Translations under genes and position numbers: made by a program
NCBI GenBank assembly: GCA_045657165.1
Contig: JAZOSP010000071.1
Location: 15,751 to 79,750, forward strand
Direction: 5' to 3'
Length of the DNA stretch: 64,000 nt
From: Eubacteriales bacterium
Lineage (GTDB): Bacteria > Bacillota > Clostridia > Oscillospirales > CAG-272
Part shown: piece after piece, positions 38,629 through 48,643 of the stretch
Layout: the number at the start of each line of letters is the position of its first letter
Numbering within the stretch: the first letter of the stretch is position 1
Notes under the pieces: generated by a model
What the model was told of the DNA's origin: nothing
The model's input: the letters and a program-made list of their open reading frames with translations, nothing else
Databases searched by the model: none

Positions 38629-39345
38629 TTATATCTTTTCTTCAATTTTTTTACGCAAATGTATCATAATTTTCTTTTCGAGACGGGAGATGTAGCTTTG
38701 TGATATCCCAAGAGCGTCCGCAACCTCCTTTTGAGTAAGCTCGGTACCGGTCTTCAGACCGTATCTCATCTCGACTATTACCCGCTCACGCGCCGACAGA
38801 TTTGCAACAGCCTCGCGCAAAATACGTCTCTCCTCGTCCTCCTCCATCTCTCGAGATACAACGTCCGAGTCACTGCCGAGAATATCCGAGAGAAGAAGCT
38901 CGTTTCCATCCCAGTCAACGCTCAGAGGCTCGTCTATTGAAATCTCGCGCTTTTGCGATGCGCTTTTACGTATAAACATAAGAATTTCATTCTCTATACA
39001 CCGCGAGGCGTAGGTGGCAAGCTTGATGTTTTTGTCGGCGTTAAATGTGGATACCGCCTTCATAAGCCCTACCGTTCCTATCGAAATCAACTCTTCAATA
39101 CCCGCCCCCGTGTTTTCAAATCGCTTCGCTATGTAGGCGACGAGTCGCAGGTTGTGCTCTATCAGCATATCCTTAGCATACGGTCTATCGATGTTTCTTA
39201 TCATCTCCTCCTCTACCTCGGGAGACAGCGGTGGCGGCAACGTTTCGCTACCGTTAATATAATAGATTCTGTTTGGAAAAAGACGCTTTGAAATTCCAAT
39301 ACGAATATCGCGTAATATTTTTTTAAGTTTATCTAACAGCATCAC
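38629..39345 (-). CDS. sigE: sporulation sigma factor SigE precursor (pro-sigma-E)
   Basis: It has an N-terminal pro-sequence followed by YYINGSETLPPPLSPEVEE. Region 2 reads HNLRLVAYIAKRF and region 4 reads QKEVADALGISQSYISRLEK. It lies immediately downstream of spoIIGA. Confidence 0.85.
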   Translation of the reverse strand: MMLLDKLKKILRDIRIGISKRLFPNRIYYINGSETLPPPLSPEVEEEMIRNIDRPYAKDMLIEHNLRLVAYIAKRFENTGAGIEELISIGTVGLMKAVSTFNADKNIKLATYASRCIENEILMFIRKSASQKREISIDEPLSVDWDGNELLLSDILGSDSDVVSREMEEDEERRILREAVANLSARERVIVEMRYGLKTGTELTQKEVADALGISQSYISRLEKKIMIHLRKKIEEKI

Positions 39346-40192
39346 CTATCGCGGCGGCAGGCATAAGAGCATAATAGCCGCCAAAGTCACCTCCCTCCTT
39401 ATCTATTGCTACAGTAACGCTTACCTCATCTTTTCTGTCGTGACCGACGTAAACCGAATCGACTCTTACACCCGTCAGAACGTGCGTTTCTCCACCGCGG
39501 GACACGGGAATCAATCTTATGCGCTTTCGCACGTTCCGCGACAGGGCATCGGGATCGGATAGCTCTATTATTTCCCTTGAAAATATATCGCGAGCGGATT
39601 TTTCCTTCAGAATAAGTATTGGTCGCATATCCATAGGGTCTATTGCAAGATTACCGCTATCCACAAACGCCTCGAGCGTTATGCTCTTACCCAAAAATAT
39701 TATTTCCACCTCTACGTGGCGCTCGGTTTGGTTTGAGGAAAATACGGAAACGAACATTTTGAATACTCCTATTGACAAAAGTATTATTATGGAAAAAACA
39801 AGAAGCTTTCTGTTTACGGTGCTCTCCCCCACCTCGGCAAGCGAATCCGAAAGCAGCCCCTCGAAAACTCCGAAAAGAAAATATGCTCCCGCCCCTACAA
39901 GTGCAGAAAACATAAGAAAAGCAAGCAGAAATTTTATTTTCCTCTTCAGTGAAACCTTTTTCGTTGCAATTGCACCTACAATCGCAAACGAAACGCTGAA
40001 AAAAAGAAGCTTTACTGCCGGAATATCCGGCAAAAAAACTCCGGCGGTTGCCACCGCCCCGGCAAGGGCGGCTGCCACACACAACCGTAAAGACGTTGTG
40101 GGCACCTTTCCGAAAAATGCAGCAAAATAAAATGCGAGCACGTCAACGGTGAAGTTTATTAGAAAATAGACGTCTATATAAAATGTTTTCAA
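39329..40192 (-). CDS. spoIIGA: sigma-E processing peptidase SpoIIGA
   Basis: The start is a TTG after a GGGTGA RBS. The N-terminus is M(K)TFYIDVYFLINFTVDVLAFYF. It has five TM segments followed by the aspartic protease region FVDSGN. It overlaps the sigE start by 17 nt. Confidence 0.8.
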   Translation of the reverse strand: MKTFYIDVYFLINFTVDVLAFYFAAFFGKVPTTSLRLCVAAALAGAVATAGVFLPDIPAVKLLFFSVSFAIVGAIATKKVSLKRKIKFLLAFLMFSALVGAGAYFLFGVFEGLLSDSLAEVGESTVNRKLLVFSIIILLSIGVFKMFVSVFSSNQTERHVEVEIIFLGKSITLEAFVDSGNLAIDPMDMRPILILKEKSARDIFSREIIELSDPDALSRNVRKRIRLIPVSRGGETHVLTGVRVDSVYVGHDRKDEVSVTVAIDKEGGDFGGYYALMPAAAIGDAVR

Positions 40193-40223
40193 GACACGTC
40201 ACCCTGATATGTTAATTGCCTTT

Positions 40224-40256
40224 ATTCTATCACAGTAAAAACGAATATATTGTCAC
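40224..40256 (-). promoter_or_regulatory. candidate spoIIG-type promoter with over-long spacer
   Basis: The minus strand reads GTGACA (40256-40251), a 21-nt spacer ending in TGA, then TAGAAT (40229-40224). No good -35 lies at the 17-nt position. The geometry recalls the Spo0A-dependent B. subtilis spoIIG promoter. Confidence 0.3.
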
Positions 40257-40281
40257 AAAATGTACCTCTGATAAATTTACG

Positions 40282-40312
40282 AAAAAAAGGTCTGCGCGTC
40301 TCGCAGACCTTT
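40282..40312 (-). terminator. intrinsic terminator after the Mrp/ApbC gene
   Basis: The stem is AAGGTCTGCG / CGCAGACCTT with a 5-nt loop. On the minus strand it is followed by TTTTTTT. Confidence 0.8.
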
Positions 40313-40323
40313 GAAAAACTTAA

Positions 40324-41145
40324 TTATTTAAGTGCTCTTTCGATGATATCGGCAGCTCTCTCGAGATAATCGCCCTCGAAGAGCTCGATGACACCTTTGT
40401 CGCAAAGCGATGCGAGCTCGGGGTCTATCGGAAGCTGTGCGAGCACCTCGGTGCTATGGGAATTTGCCAGCTCATCTATGCGGCTGTTACCGTAAGGTCT
40501 TATAACCTTACCGCAGTCGGGACAAACGATGTAGCTGTAATTCTCGACAAGGCCAAGAACTCTCACGTCCATAAGCGCCGCCATATTCACAGCCTTCTCA
40601 ACTATCATGGAAACAAGCTCCTGAGGGCTCGTGACGATAACAATGCCGTCAAGCGGAAGACTCTGAAATACGGTGAGAGGAACGTCGCCAGTGCCGGGGG
40701 GCATATCCACGAACATATAGTCAACGTCGCCCCAAACAACGTCCGACCAAAACTGCTTGACAGTACCTGCAATGACCGGTCCGCGCCAAACGACGGGCTT
40801 TGTTTCCTCGTCCATAAGAAGGTTGACACTCATAACCTCAATTCCGGTTTTGGTTCTCGGAGGAAACATTCCAAGCTCGCTCCCCTCAACCGAGCCGGAT
40901 TTAAGTCCGAACGCCTTGGGTATCGAGGGGCCGGTGATATCTGCATCGAGTATCGCCGTTTTATATCCCCGTCTTTGCATAGTTACAGCAAGCATAGACG
41001 TGATAAGCGACTTTCCAACGCCGCCCTTACCGCTTACAATGCCGATTACTCTTTTAACGCTGCTAGCGCTGTTCAAGGGCTCAAGAAGTGATTCCTTAGA
41101 GCACTTTTGCGAGCATGTGGAGCAATCGTGCGTACATTCTGCCAT
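40324..41145 (-). CDS. Mrp/NBP35/ApbC-family iron-sulfur cluster carrier ATPase
   Basis: The deviant Walker A is VSGKGGVGKS. A Cys-rich N-terminus (CTHDCSTCSQKC) and a CPDCG motif are present. The protein is 273 aa. Confidence 0.85.
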   Translation of the reverse strand: MAECTHDCSTCSQKCSKESLLEPLNSASSVKRVIGIVSGKGGVGKSLITSMLAVTMQRRGYKTAILDADITGPSIPKAFGLKSGSVEGSELGMFPPRTKTGIEVMSVNLLMDEETKPVVWRGPVIAGTVKQFWSDVVWGDVDYMFVDMPPGTGDVPLTVFQSLPLDGIVIVTSPQELVSMIVEKAVNMAALMDVRVLGLVENYSYIVCPDCGKVIRPYGNSRIDELANSHSTEVLAQLPIDPELASLCDKGVIELFEGDYLERAADIIERALK

Positions 41146-41170
41146 TATTTATTTCTCCTTTTTTGATAAA

Positions 41171-43477
41171 TCAGATTGAATCGACCGCAATTTCGCCATC
41201 CTTCGCGCTAAGCGAAATTCCTGCAAGAGGCTTGCCGTCATTATCGATAACGAGCGAGGCAAGCCTGTCCTCGACGTGACGCTCAATATACCGCCGCATG
41301 TTTCTCGCGCCGAATTTTTCCGAGTAGGATTTGTCGGCGATTAAAGAAAGCGTGTCATCACCATAATATAGCTTCGTTCCGTTGTCGGCAAGATGATCCT
41401 TAAGCTTGCTTAGCATAATATCTGCAATTCTCTTGAAGTCGCCCTTGTTAAGATGGCGGAAGGTGATTATCTCGTCAATACGGTTGATAAACTCAGGGCG
41501 CAGGAATGTCGAGAGTGCGCGCTCAGTCTTTTCCTTTGCACGCTCCTCGCGATGCTCAGAGAAGCCCGAGATAGATGACGAGGTCTCGCTGCCTGCGTTG
41601 GTCGTCATAATAATGACGGTATTCTCAAAGTTCACTTCTCTGCCCTGCGCGTCGGTAATTTTACCGTCGTCGAGGACCTGAAGCAAAATATTAAGCACGT
41701 CCGGATGGGCCTTTTCAATCTCGTCAAAGAGAATCACAGAATAAGGCCTTCTCCGTACTTTTTCGGTAAGCTGCCCTGCCTCGTCGTAACCGACGTAGCC
41801 TGGAGGGGCACCTACTATTCTCGATACCGAATGCTTTTCCATGAATTCCGACATATCAAGTCTGATAAGCGACTCGGGCTGCTTGAATAAATCAGCGGCA
41901 AGAACCTTAACAAGCTCGGTTTTGCCGACACCCGTAGGACCCGCAAATATCATAGACACGGGATTATGACGGTAGGTAACACCGGCACGCTTGCGGCGTA
42001 TAGCTCTTACAACAGCCGACACAGCCTCGTCCTGACCTATAATTTTTGCCGATATGCGGTCGTGAAGACCCCTTAACTCCGAAAGCTCGCCAACGCTGAT
42101 TTCCGAGGCAGGAATCCCGGTCCAGATTTCTATTACGGAAAGCAAATCCTGCGTTGTCAGTCTTAGGTCGTCACATACGGGAGTAATAATTTTCTGCCGC
42201 GTTTCAAGGCGAATTTTCTCTGCCTTAAGGTCGGCAAGAATCTTATAGTTTTCCTCGGTCTGCCCCTCGGGCACGGCAACCTTGCCTTCAAGGTCGGCAC
42301 TGTATGCGTTTATTTCAGAAAGGCGCTTGTCGTTTTTCTTTTTCTCGTTAAGCTCGGGTGAGGAAAGCGCCACCTTAGCCGCCGCCTCGTCTATAAGGTC
42401 GATAGCCTTATCGGGCAAGAAGCGGTCGGTAATATATCGCTCCGAGAGCGTAGCTGCAAAGCGCGCAACCTCGTCAGATATAGATACTCCGTGAAAGCTC
42501 TCGTAATATCCCTTAATACCGCGTATGATATCAACCGTCTCATCAACCGACGGCTCGTCCACCTTGACAGGCTGGAAACGGCGCTCAAGCGCCGAGTCCT
42601 TTTCAATGCATTTGCGATATTCCTTAAGAGTCGTAGCGCCTATAACGCGAATCTCGCCACGCGACAGCGCGGGCTTAAGAAGATTAGCGGCACTCATACT
42701 GCCGTCGGAGGTCTCCCCCGCGCCCGCAATATTGTGTACCTCGTCAATCATAAGAATGATATTTCCGGCAGCCTTGATTTCCTTTATAAGTCCGAGTATT
42801 CTCGACTCAAACTGTCCGCGGAACTGCGTGCCCGCCACGAGGGCGGTAAGGTCGAGAAGCCATATCTCATAGCCTGAAAGGCTCTCGGGAACGCGCCCCT
42901 CGGTAATTCTGACCGCAACCTCCTCAACGATAGCGGTTTTACCCACTCCGGGCTCGCCGATAAGGCAGGGATTGTTTTTCTGGCGGCGAGAGAGTATCTG
43001 AATTATTCTGTCGATTTCTCTGTCGCGACCCACTATTCGGTCAATTTTGCCAAGCCTTGCTCGCTCGTTAAGGTTAGTGCAATACGCAGAGAGCACCTTC
43101 TTTGAGGGCGGCTCTCGCTTTGTGTCCTTATCGGGGCGCTTCTTAGACGAGGACTTCCCCTCTCCCGGATTTACAGACATGCCGAACAGCTCGCCGAGAT
43201 TGAGAGTAGGAACCTTGCCGTTCTCGGTGTCATCGTTGTCACTCTCAACAAGCCCTGTTTCCATATTTTCAATAAGACCGTCGATTTCAGCAGACATATT
43301 CTGCACTGCCTCCTCGTCAATGCCCATTTTTCTTAACATATCATTAACGGGCTTTATGCCGAGCTCGGAAGCACAGGAAAGGCATATGCCCTCGTTAACC
43401 GTGTTTCCGTTATCAATGCGAGTTATGAAGACCACGGCGGGTCTTTTTTTACATCTCGCGCAAATTTGTAATTTCAT
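41171..43477 (-). CDS. Clp/Hsp100 double-AAA+ ATPase with N-terminal zinc-ribbon (ClpE-like)
   Basis: The N-terminus has CARC...CLSC (CxxC-22-CxxC). The D1 Walker A is GEPGVGKTA and the D2 Walker A is [10 protein letters not shown] middle coiled-coil is present, and I saw no Clp_N repeat domain. Confidence 0.85.
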   Translation of the reverse strand: MKLQICARCKKRPAVVFITRIDNGNTVNEGICLSCASELGIKPVNDMLRKMGIDEEAVQNMSAEIDGLIENMETGLVESDNDDTENGKVPTLNLGELFGMSVNPGEGKSSSKKRPDKDTKREPPSKKVLSAYCTNLNERARLGKIDRIVGRDREIDRIIQILSRRQKNNPCLIGEPGVGKTAIVEEVAVRITEGRVPESLSGYEIWLLDLTALVAGTQFRGQFESRILGLIKEIKAAGNIILMIDEVHNIAGAGETSDGSMSAANLLKPALSRGEIRVIGATTLKEYRKCIEKDSALERRFQPVKVDEPSVDETVDIIRGIKGYYESFHGVSISDEVARFAATLSERYITDRFLPDKAIDLIDEAAAKVALSSPELNEKKKNDKRLSEINAYSADLEGKVAVPEGQTEENYKILADLKAEKIRLETRQKIITPVCDDLRLTTQDLLSVIEIWTGIPASEISVGELSELRGLHDRISAKIIGQDEAVSAVVRAIRRKRAGVTYRHNPVSMIFAGPTGVGKTELVKVLAADLFKQPESLIRLDMSEFMEKHSVSRIVGAPPGYVGYDEAGQLTEKVRRRPYSVILFDEIEKAHPDVLNILLQVLDDGKITDAQGREVNFENTVIIMTTNAGSETSSSISGFSEHREERAKEKTERALSTFLRPEFINRIDEIITFRHLNKGDFKRIADIMLSKLKDHLADNGTKLYYGDDTLSLIADKSYSEKFGARNMRRYIERHVEDRLASLVIDNDGKPLAGISLSAKDGEIAVDSI

Positions 43478-43517
43478 CTGGTAATTTACCTAAAAGCCTT
43501 TGCGTAAATAAAATTTA

Positions 43518-44207
43518 TTAGAAGCTGAGAAGCAGCTCTATCGGATTGTACGTATTGAAGAAGCTGTAAATAAATCCGCCGTTAAATTCGTTTATAAGCT
43601 CTACCCCCTCAAGCATAGGAAGGTGGAATACGAACTCAAGCACAACGGCAAGTGCCCACGAGGCGATAAATGCTACAGCACCGGTGAAGACGAAGCCGAG
43701 GATTTTGTTGAGCACACCGAAAATTCCGCTGCTGAATATGGCGTTGATTATAGCAAGAACAATCGAGAACACGAGCGTTGCAACAAGATAAACCAAAATA
43801 AACGATATGATAACCGACACAACGTTAATAACAGGTGCAGTAAGGTTTTCGACAATTGCGTCGAGCACTGCATTGCCGGCGCCGGCGGTGACCTCGCCTA
43901 CGTCAATATTAAATACTGCAGCAGCAATTTTAAGAAGCGTAGGAAGTTCCTCCGCTGCATTTTCAGCAGTAAGATTTGCGCAGTTCTCATAGAGAAAATT
44001 ACTGACGTAATTAGTGATAGGTGCCTCAATCAAAGGAGTAATGAAGCCATCTGCCACGCTCGTGCATATAGCGAATGCAAGCGCAATCGAGGCAACAAAT
44101 TTAACCGGTTTTGCAGCCATTTTGATAAAGCCCTTCTTTATTCCGACGATTGCACCTATAACCACAATCGCGACGAGCAAAACGTCAATTACAATGTCAA
44201 GTATCAT
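43518..44207 (-). CDS. CvpA-family membrane protein
   Basis: The N-terminus MILDIVIDVLLVAIVVIGAIVGIKKGFIK is CvpA-like. The protein is 229 aa with about four TM segments. Confidence 0.7.
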   Translation of the reverse strand: MILDIVIDVLLVAIVVIGAIVGIKKGFIKMAAKPVKFVASIALAFAICTSVADGFITPLIEAPITNYVSNFLYENCANLTAENAAEELPTLLKIAAAVFNIDVGEVTAGAGNAVLDAIVENLTAPVINVVSVIISFILVYLVATLVFSIVLAIINAIFSSGIFGVLNKILGFVFTGAVAFIASWALAVVLEFVFHLPMLEGVELINEFNGGFIYSFFNTYNPIELLLSF

Positions 44208-44277
44208 AACAAATTCCTTCCTGTCAAGATATTACATTAATTATAATACAAAAAAGTCGGCCTGTCAATATCGTAAG

Positions 44278-47200
44278 CTATCTGAAAACCACGTTTTCAG
44301 TCGAAAATACACTTCGAAGCCTTGAAAGAACCCTTTCGCTCGCTTCGACGCTCGCTCCCTTCATTACCGAATATTTTCCTGTGCTCCCGTCGTAAATAAC
44401 AACCTTGGTGTCACCGCGGTTGAGCGCTGCAATTCGGAAAAGAGTGTTTATTCTTTCATCGGAGAGCGACTTAAGCTTAACGTATATCCGCTTTTCCGAA
44501 TTTACAAGAGTGCCGGTGGGCGAATAATCCGAGTTCGGTATAAGAGGTGTGGCAGCCGAAAGTATAATTCGCGGCGCCTCGCCGTCCTCGGTCGAAATAT
44601 TTCCCTTAATGCTCACCGCCGCTTCCTGCGAAAGAAGGTCGGAAAGCTCCCTATACTGCCTTGCGAAAACGATTACGTCGATTGCGGCGTATCTGTCCTC
44701 GAGGGTTATAAATGCCATCGTATCGCCGTTTTTGGTAATTTTCGTCCTTTTGGCAATAATTATACCCGCAACGGAGACCTCTGCCCTGTCGCGATAGCGA
44801 CCAATTTCGGCAGATTCGTCGGAAAGCGACTCAAGAATATCTGAAATTTTATCGGGCCGCAAATCCTCTACGTGACGGGAGAAGCTATCAATCATATGAC
44901 CTGAAAAATACATACCCGAGCTCTCGCGCTCAAGAAGTAAAAGCTCGCGCAATGGATACTCCGCCAAATCGGGATAGGTATATCCGACACTACCCGCCGA
45001 CGAGGTATCCATCGAGAAAAGGTCGAGCTGCCCCGATATATTGTTTCTCTGTCTGTCATGCTCGGTGTCGATTATATTTTCATAAGTCGCAAGGAGTGCG
45101 CTTCTCGGAACGCCAAGGCTGTCAAAGACACCGCACTTTATCATCGACTCGAGGGTGCGCTTGTTTATTTCGGTACCTATCATTCTCGTGACAAACTCGT
45201 CAAACGATACGAACGGGCGCATTTTACGCTCTCTTATTACCGCATCGCAGAAGTTTCTGCCCACGTTTTTTATAGCGAGAAGTCCAAATCTGATATTACC
45301 GCTAACCGATGAGAAATTCTGCCTACTCTCATTAACGTCGGGCGGTAATACCGAAACGCCGAATTTTTGCGCATCGGCAATATATTCACGCACCTTCGTC
45401 TGACTGTCGAGAACACTCGTCAGGAGTGCGGCGAAATACTCCGCCGGATAATGAGCCTTAAGATAAGCCGTTCTGTACGAGATAATTCCGTACGCCGTGG
45501 CGTGACTCTTATTGAATGCGTATTTTGCGAAGCCGAGCATTTCCTCAAAAATTTCCTCGGCTACATCCTCGGAAATACCGTGCTCGCGGCAGCCGGATAT
45601 GAAGCCCTCGCGCTCTGCCTGCATTGCCGAGGTTTTCTTCTTCGACATAGCACGTCTGACAAGGTCTGCGTGCGCGTAGGAATAGCTCGCAAGCAAGCGG
45701 CAAATCTGCATAACCTGCTCCTGATATACTATGCAGCCGTAGGTTACGTCAAGAATTTCCTTGAGTGCCGAAACCTTATACTCAATAGCCTCCGTACCGT
45801 GCTTTCTTGCAATGAAGGAATCGATAGAATCCATCGGACCCGGACGGTAAAGAGCAATACACGCTATAATATCCTCAAGACAGCTTGGCGAAAGCTTTGC
45901 AAGAACCTGCTTCATACCTCCCGACTCGAGCTGAAATACACCGTCGGTGCGCGCGTCGCAAAGCAGCCTGAAGGTCATCTCATCGTCAAGCGGAATTTTG
46001 GTTACGTCAAAGCCCGGCACGCGCTCACGTATCGCAAGCTCGGTATCGTGAATTACGGTGAGATAGCGAAGCCCGAGGAAATCGAACTTGACAAGTCCAA
46101 GCCTTGCGGAGGTTGTCATGTCGAACTGCGTTACGATTCCCGTGCCGCTATACGAGAGCGGAACATATTCATAGGTAGGCTTTTCGGTTATAACGACGCC
46201 CGCTGCGTGAGTTGAAGCGTGGCGCGGCATACCCTCAAGCTGTCGGCTCATATCAATGAGACGCTTGACGTCGGAGTCCTTGAGGTATAGCTCCTTTAAC
46301 TCCTTTGTGGCAAGAGCTGTATCAATGTCCTTGCTGCCGAACGGTATTAGCTTTGATACGGTATCAACCGCCCCGTAAGGCATACCGAGAGCGCGGCCGG
46401 TGTCCTTTACCGCAGCGCGCGGTGCAAGAGTACCAAAGGTAACGATCTGCGCAACCTTGTCGTCGCCGTACTTCTGCTTTACGTAATCTATAACCTCCTC
46501 GCGGCGGTTATAGCAAAAGTCAATGTCAAAGTCCGGCATTGATACTCTCTCCGGATTGAGGAAGCGCTCAAAGAGCAGATCGAATTTTATTGGGTCTACG
46601 TCGGTTATTCCGATAAGGTACGCAACAAGACTGCCCGCACCCGAGCCTCTGCCGGGTCCCACGGGAATGTCGCTTCTCTTTGCAAAGGATACGAAATCGC
46701 TCACTATCAAAAAGTAGGCGTTAAAGCCCATTTTATCTATGACGGAGAGCTCATACTCGAGCCGCGCCTCGTATGCCTCGCGGGGATGAGTGTCAAAGCT
46801 GATAATTCTTTCCCCTATCTTTCGTGCAAAGCCTGCCTCAGCATCGGCGCGAAGCTTGTCCTTGTGTGAAAGACCGCCCTCGGGCTCGAAATTCGGAAGA
46901 TATAGCTTGTCAAATTCAAAATCGAAGTTGCATTTCTCAGCAATTTTTACCGTGTTCTCGATAGCCCCCTCAAATGAGGAAAACAGAGCCTTCATCTCTG
47001 CAGCCGACTTGAAATAAAATTCGTTGGTTTCGAAGCCAAACGGGCGGCCGTCGGTGATAACGTTGTTAGTCTGGATACACATGAGAGTTGCCTGCATATC
47101 GGCATCCGAGCGTTCGAGATAATGCACGTCGTTGGTTGCAACCATGGGAATACCGCATTTTTCGCTTATTAATCTTATGCCGTAGGCAACCTTGCGTTGG

Positions 47201-47742
47201 TCGTCGAGACCGTGATTTTGTATCTCAAGGTAAAAATCGTCGCCGAAGAGCGATTTCATCTCAAGAGCGTAAGCCTCCGCCTCCGCCATGCTACCTGAGA
47301 GGATAAGCTGCGGTATTTTTCCCGCAAGGCATCCCGAAAGCGCTATGAGCCCCTCGTGGTGCTCGCGTATGAGCGCCATGTCCACTCGCGGCTTTGAGTA
47401 AAAGCCATCGATAAAGCTCATTGAAACCATATAGCAGAGATTTTTATAACCCGTAGCGTTTTTACAAAGCAAGACGAGGTGGTTTCCCGAGCTGTCCTGC
47501 TTGCCTTCTTTATCGTGCCGTGAGCGAGGCGCTACGTAAACCTCGCAGCCTATTATCGGCTTGACACCCTTTTCCTTAAGGGCGGTATAGAAATTCACAG
47601 CACCGTACATTACGCCGTGGTCGGTTATGGCAACGGCGTCCTGACCGTCCGAAAGTGCCTTATCCGCAATGGAAGAAATTTTTGCGGCGCCGTCGAGCAG
47701 ACTGTATTCGGTATGCAAATGAAGATGAACGAACTCTCCCAT
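44278..47742 (-). CDS. dnaE: DNA polymerase III alpha subunit DnaE
   Basis: The PHP domain reads FVHLHLHTEYSLLDGA, the palm contains PDFDIDF, and an OB-fold lies near the C-terminus. The protein is 1154 aa. Confidence 0.95.
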   Translation of the reverse strand: MGEFVHLHLHTEYSLLDGAAKISSIADKALSDGQDAVAITDHGVMYGAVNFYTALKEKGVKPIIGCEVYVAPRSRHDKEGKQDSSGNHLVLLCKNATGYKNLCYMVSMSFIDGFYSKPRVDMALIREHHEGLIALSGCLAGKIPQLILSGSMAEAEAYALEMKSLFGDDFYLEIQNHGLDDQRKVAYGIRLISEKCGIPMVATNDVHYLERSDADMQATLMCIQTNNVITDGRPFGFETNEFYFKSAAEMKALFSSFEGAIENTVKIAEKCNFDFEFDKLYLPNFEPEGGLSHKDKLRADAEAGFARKIGERIISFDTHPREAYEARLEYELSVIDKMGFNAYFLIVSDFVSFAKRSDIPVGPGRGSGAGSLVAYLIGITDVDPIKFDLLFERFLNPERVSMPDFDIDFCYNRREEVIDYVKQKYGDDKVAQIVTFGTLAPRAAVKDTGRALGMPYGAVDTVSKLIPFGSKDIDTALATKELKELYLKDSDVKRLIDMSRQLEGMPRHASTHAAGVVITEKPTYEYVPLSYSGTGIVTQFDMTTSARLGLVKFDFLGLRYLTVIHDTELAIRERVPGFDVTKIPLDDEMTFRLLCDARTDGVFQLESGGMKQVLAKLSPSCLEDIIACIALYRPGPMDSIDSFIARKHGTEAIEYKVSALKEILDVTYGCIVYQEQVMQICRLLASYSYAHADLVRRAMSKKKTSAMQAEREGFISGCREHGISEDVAEEIFEEMLGFAKYAFNKSHATAYGIISYRTAYLKAHYPAEYFAALLTSVLDSQTKVREYIADAQKFGVSVLPPDVNESRQNFSSVSGNIRFGLLAIKNVGRNFCDAVIRERKMRPFVSFDEFVTRMIGTEINKRTLESMIKCGVFDSLGVPRSALLATYENIIDTEHDRQRNNISGQLDLFSMDTSSAGSVGYTYPDLAEYPLRELLLLERESSGMYFSGHMIDSFSRHVEDLRPDKISDILESLSDESAEIGRYRDRAEVSVAGIIIAKRTKITKNGDTMAFITLEDRYAAIDVIVFARQYRELSDLLSQEAAVSIKGNISTEDGEAPRIILSAATPLIPNSDYSPTGTLVNSEKRIYVKLKSLSDERINTLFRIAALNRGDTKVVIYDGSTGKYSVMKGASVEASERVLSRLRSVFSTENVVFR

Positions 47743-47763
47743 CTCGGGACTCCTTTCGAGAAA

Positions 47764-48642
47764 TTATTTATGTAAAAGCTGCTCTGCAAGCTCCATAATC
47801 TTAGTAAGCCTGTGAGAAAGACCGGATTTCGAAATAGGCGGCACGGATATAGCCGCGAGCTGTGAAAGCGATAGGTCGCGGTGCTCCATTCGCAGTCTCG
47901 CAGTAGCCTCGAGCTCCTCGGGGAGCGAAGACAAAAGCCCTGCGCGCTCAAGCAAAATCAGGGTATCCATCTGCTTCATAGAGGCGTTAACCGCCTTGCC
48001 TATATTATTCGTTTCACAGTTTGCAACCCTGTTTGCATTGTTTCTGATGTCGCTTTTAATCTTCGCGTTCATAACCGCAAATGCGGTTGTATTCATAGCA
48101 GCAAGCGCGCAGAAATCCTCGATAAAACTACTGTTTTTGTAATAAACTACAGGTCCCGTAGCCTTATGAGTAACAAGGGGCGGAACTCCAAGCTCGCTTA
48201 GGAGCGCACAGAAAATATCGGTTCTCTCGCCAACCGAAAACTCGAGTCCGTACTGCTTCATCGGATCCGAGATTCTGCCGGAGGCAATAAACACACCGCG
48301 AAGAAACGACGAGGTGCAGCTCGGGCATTTGGGCAAGAACAAATCCTCGATTTTTGACAAACTCGCTAAATATTTCGCGGCAGATTTTGACTTAAAGGCT
48401 ACGTTAACACATCTGCCGCCACGCGGAGGTCTTGAAATCTTGGGCGTTTGCCCATAGAACTCCTTGATATGCTTTGAGGCGAACTCCGCGCTCTCGCGTT
48501 TTTCGAGATTGAATGAAATCATATCCTCCGCAAGGTTTGCGGCGCGCGCGAAAAGCATTCCGCAAAGCAGTGCCCTGCGACAGCATGCGGATTTATATGC
48601 TTGGTTTATGAGCTCACCTTTCTGTTCGGACGAAAAGGACAT
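47764..48642 (-). CDS. whiA: DNA-binding sporulation/cell-division regulator WhiA
   Basis: It starts MSFSSEQKGEL and has degenerate LAGLIDADG-like domains. The C-terminal HTH reads LSQLAAISVPPISKSGLSHRLTKI. The ATG at 48642 sits directly after the murB stop. Confidence 0.9.
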   Translation of the reverse strand: MSFSSEQKGELINQAYKSACCRRALLCGMLFARAANLAEDMISFNLEKRESAEFASKHIKEFYGQTPKISRPPRGGRCVNVAFKSKSAAKYLASLSKIEDLFLPKCPSCTSSFLRGVFIASGRISDPMKQYGLEFSVGERTDIFCALLSELGVPPLVTHKATGPVVYYKNSSFIEDFCALAAMNTTAFAVMNAKIKSDIRNNANRVANCETNNIGKAVNASMKQMDTLILLERAGLLSSLPEELEATARLRMEHRDLSLSQLAAISVPPISKSGLSHRLTKIMELAEQLLHK

Positions 48643-48643
48643 T

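Noticed and set aside
45367-46215. A family of other long antisense ORFs was noted: 282 aa in dnaE, 211 aa at 40456-41091, 205 aa at 43623-44240, 209 aa at 30807-31436, 203 aa at 39519-40130, 190 aa at 399-971 and 178 aa at 5914-6450.
   Set aside because: The four I checked (45367, 40456, 43623 and 30807) are codon-aligned to the real gene on the opposite strand. The one at 39519 is not aligned, and I did not check 399 or 5914. All have junk-like composition and no start signals. The sense genes are all confidently identified housekeeping genes.
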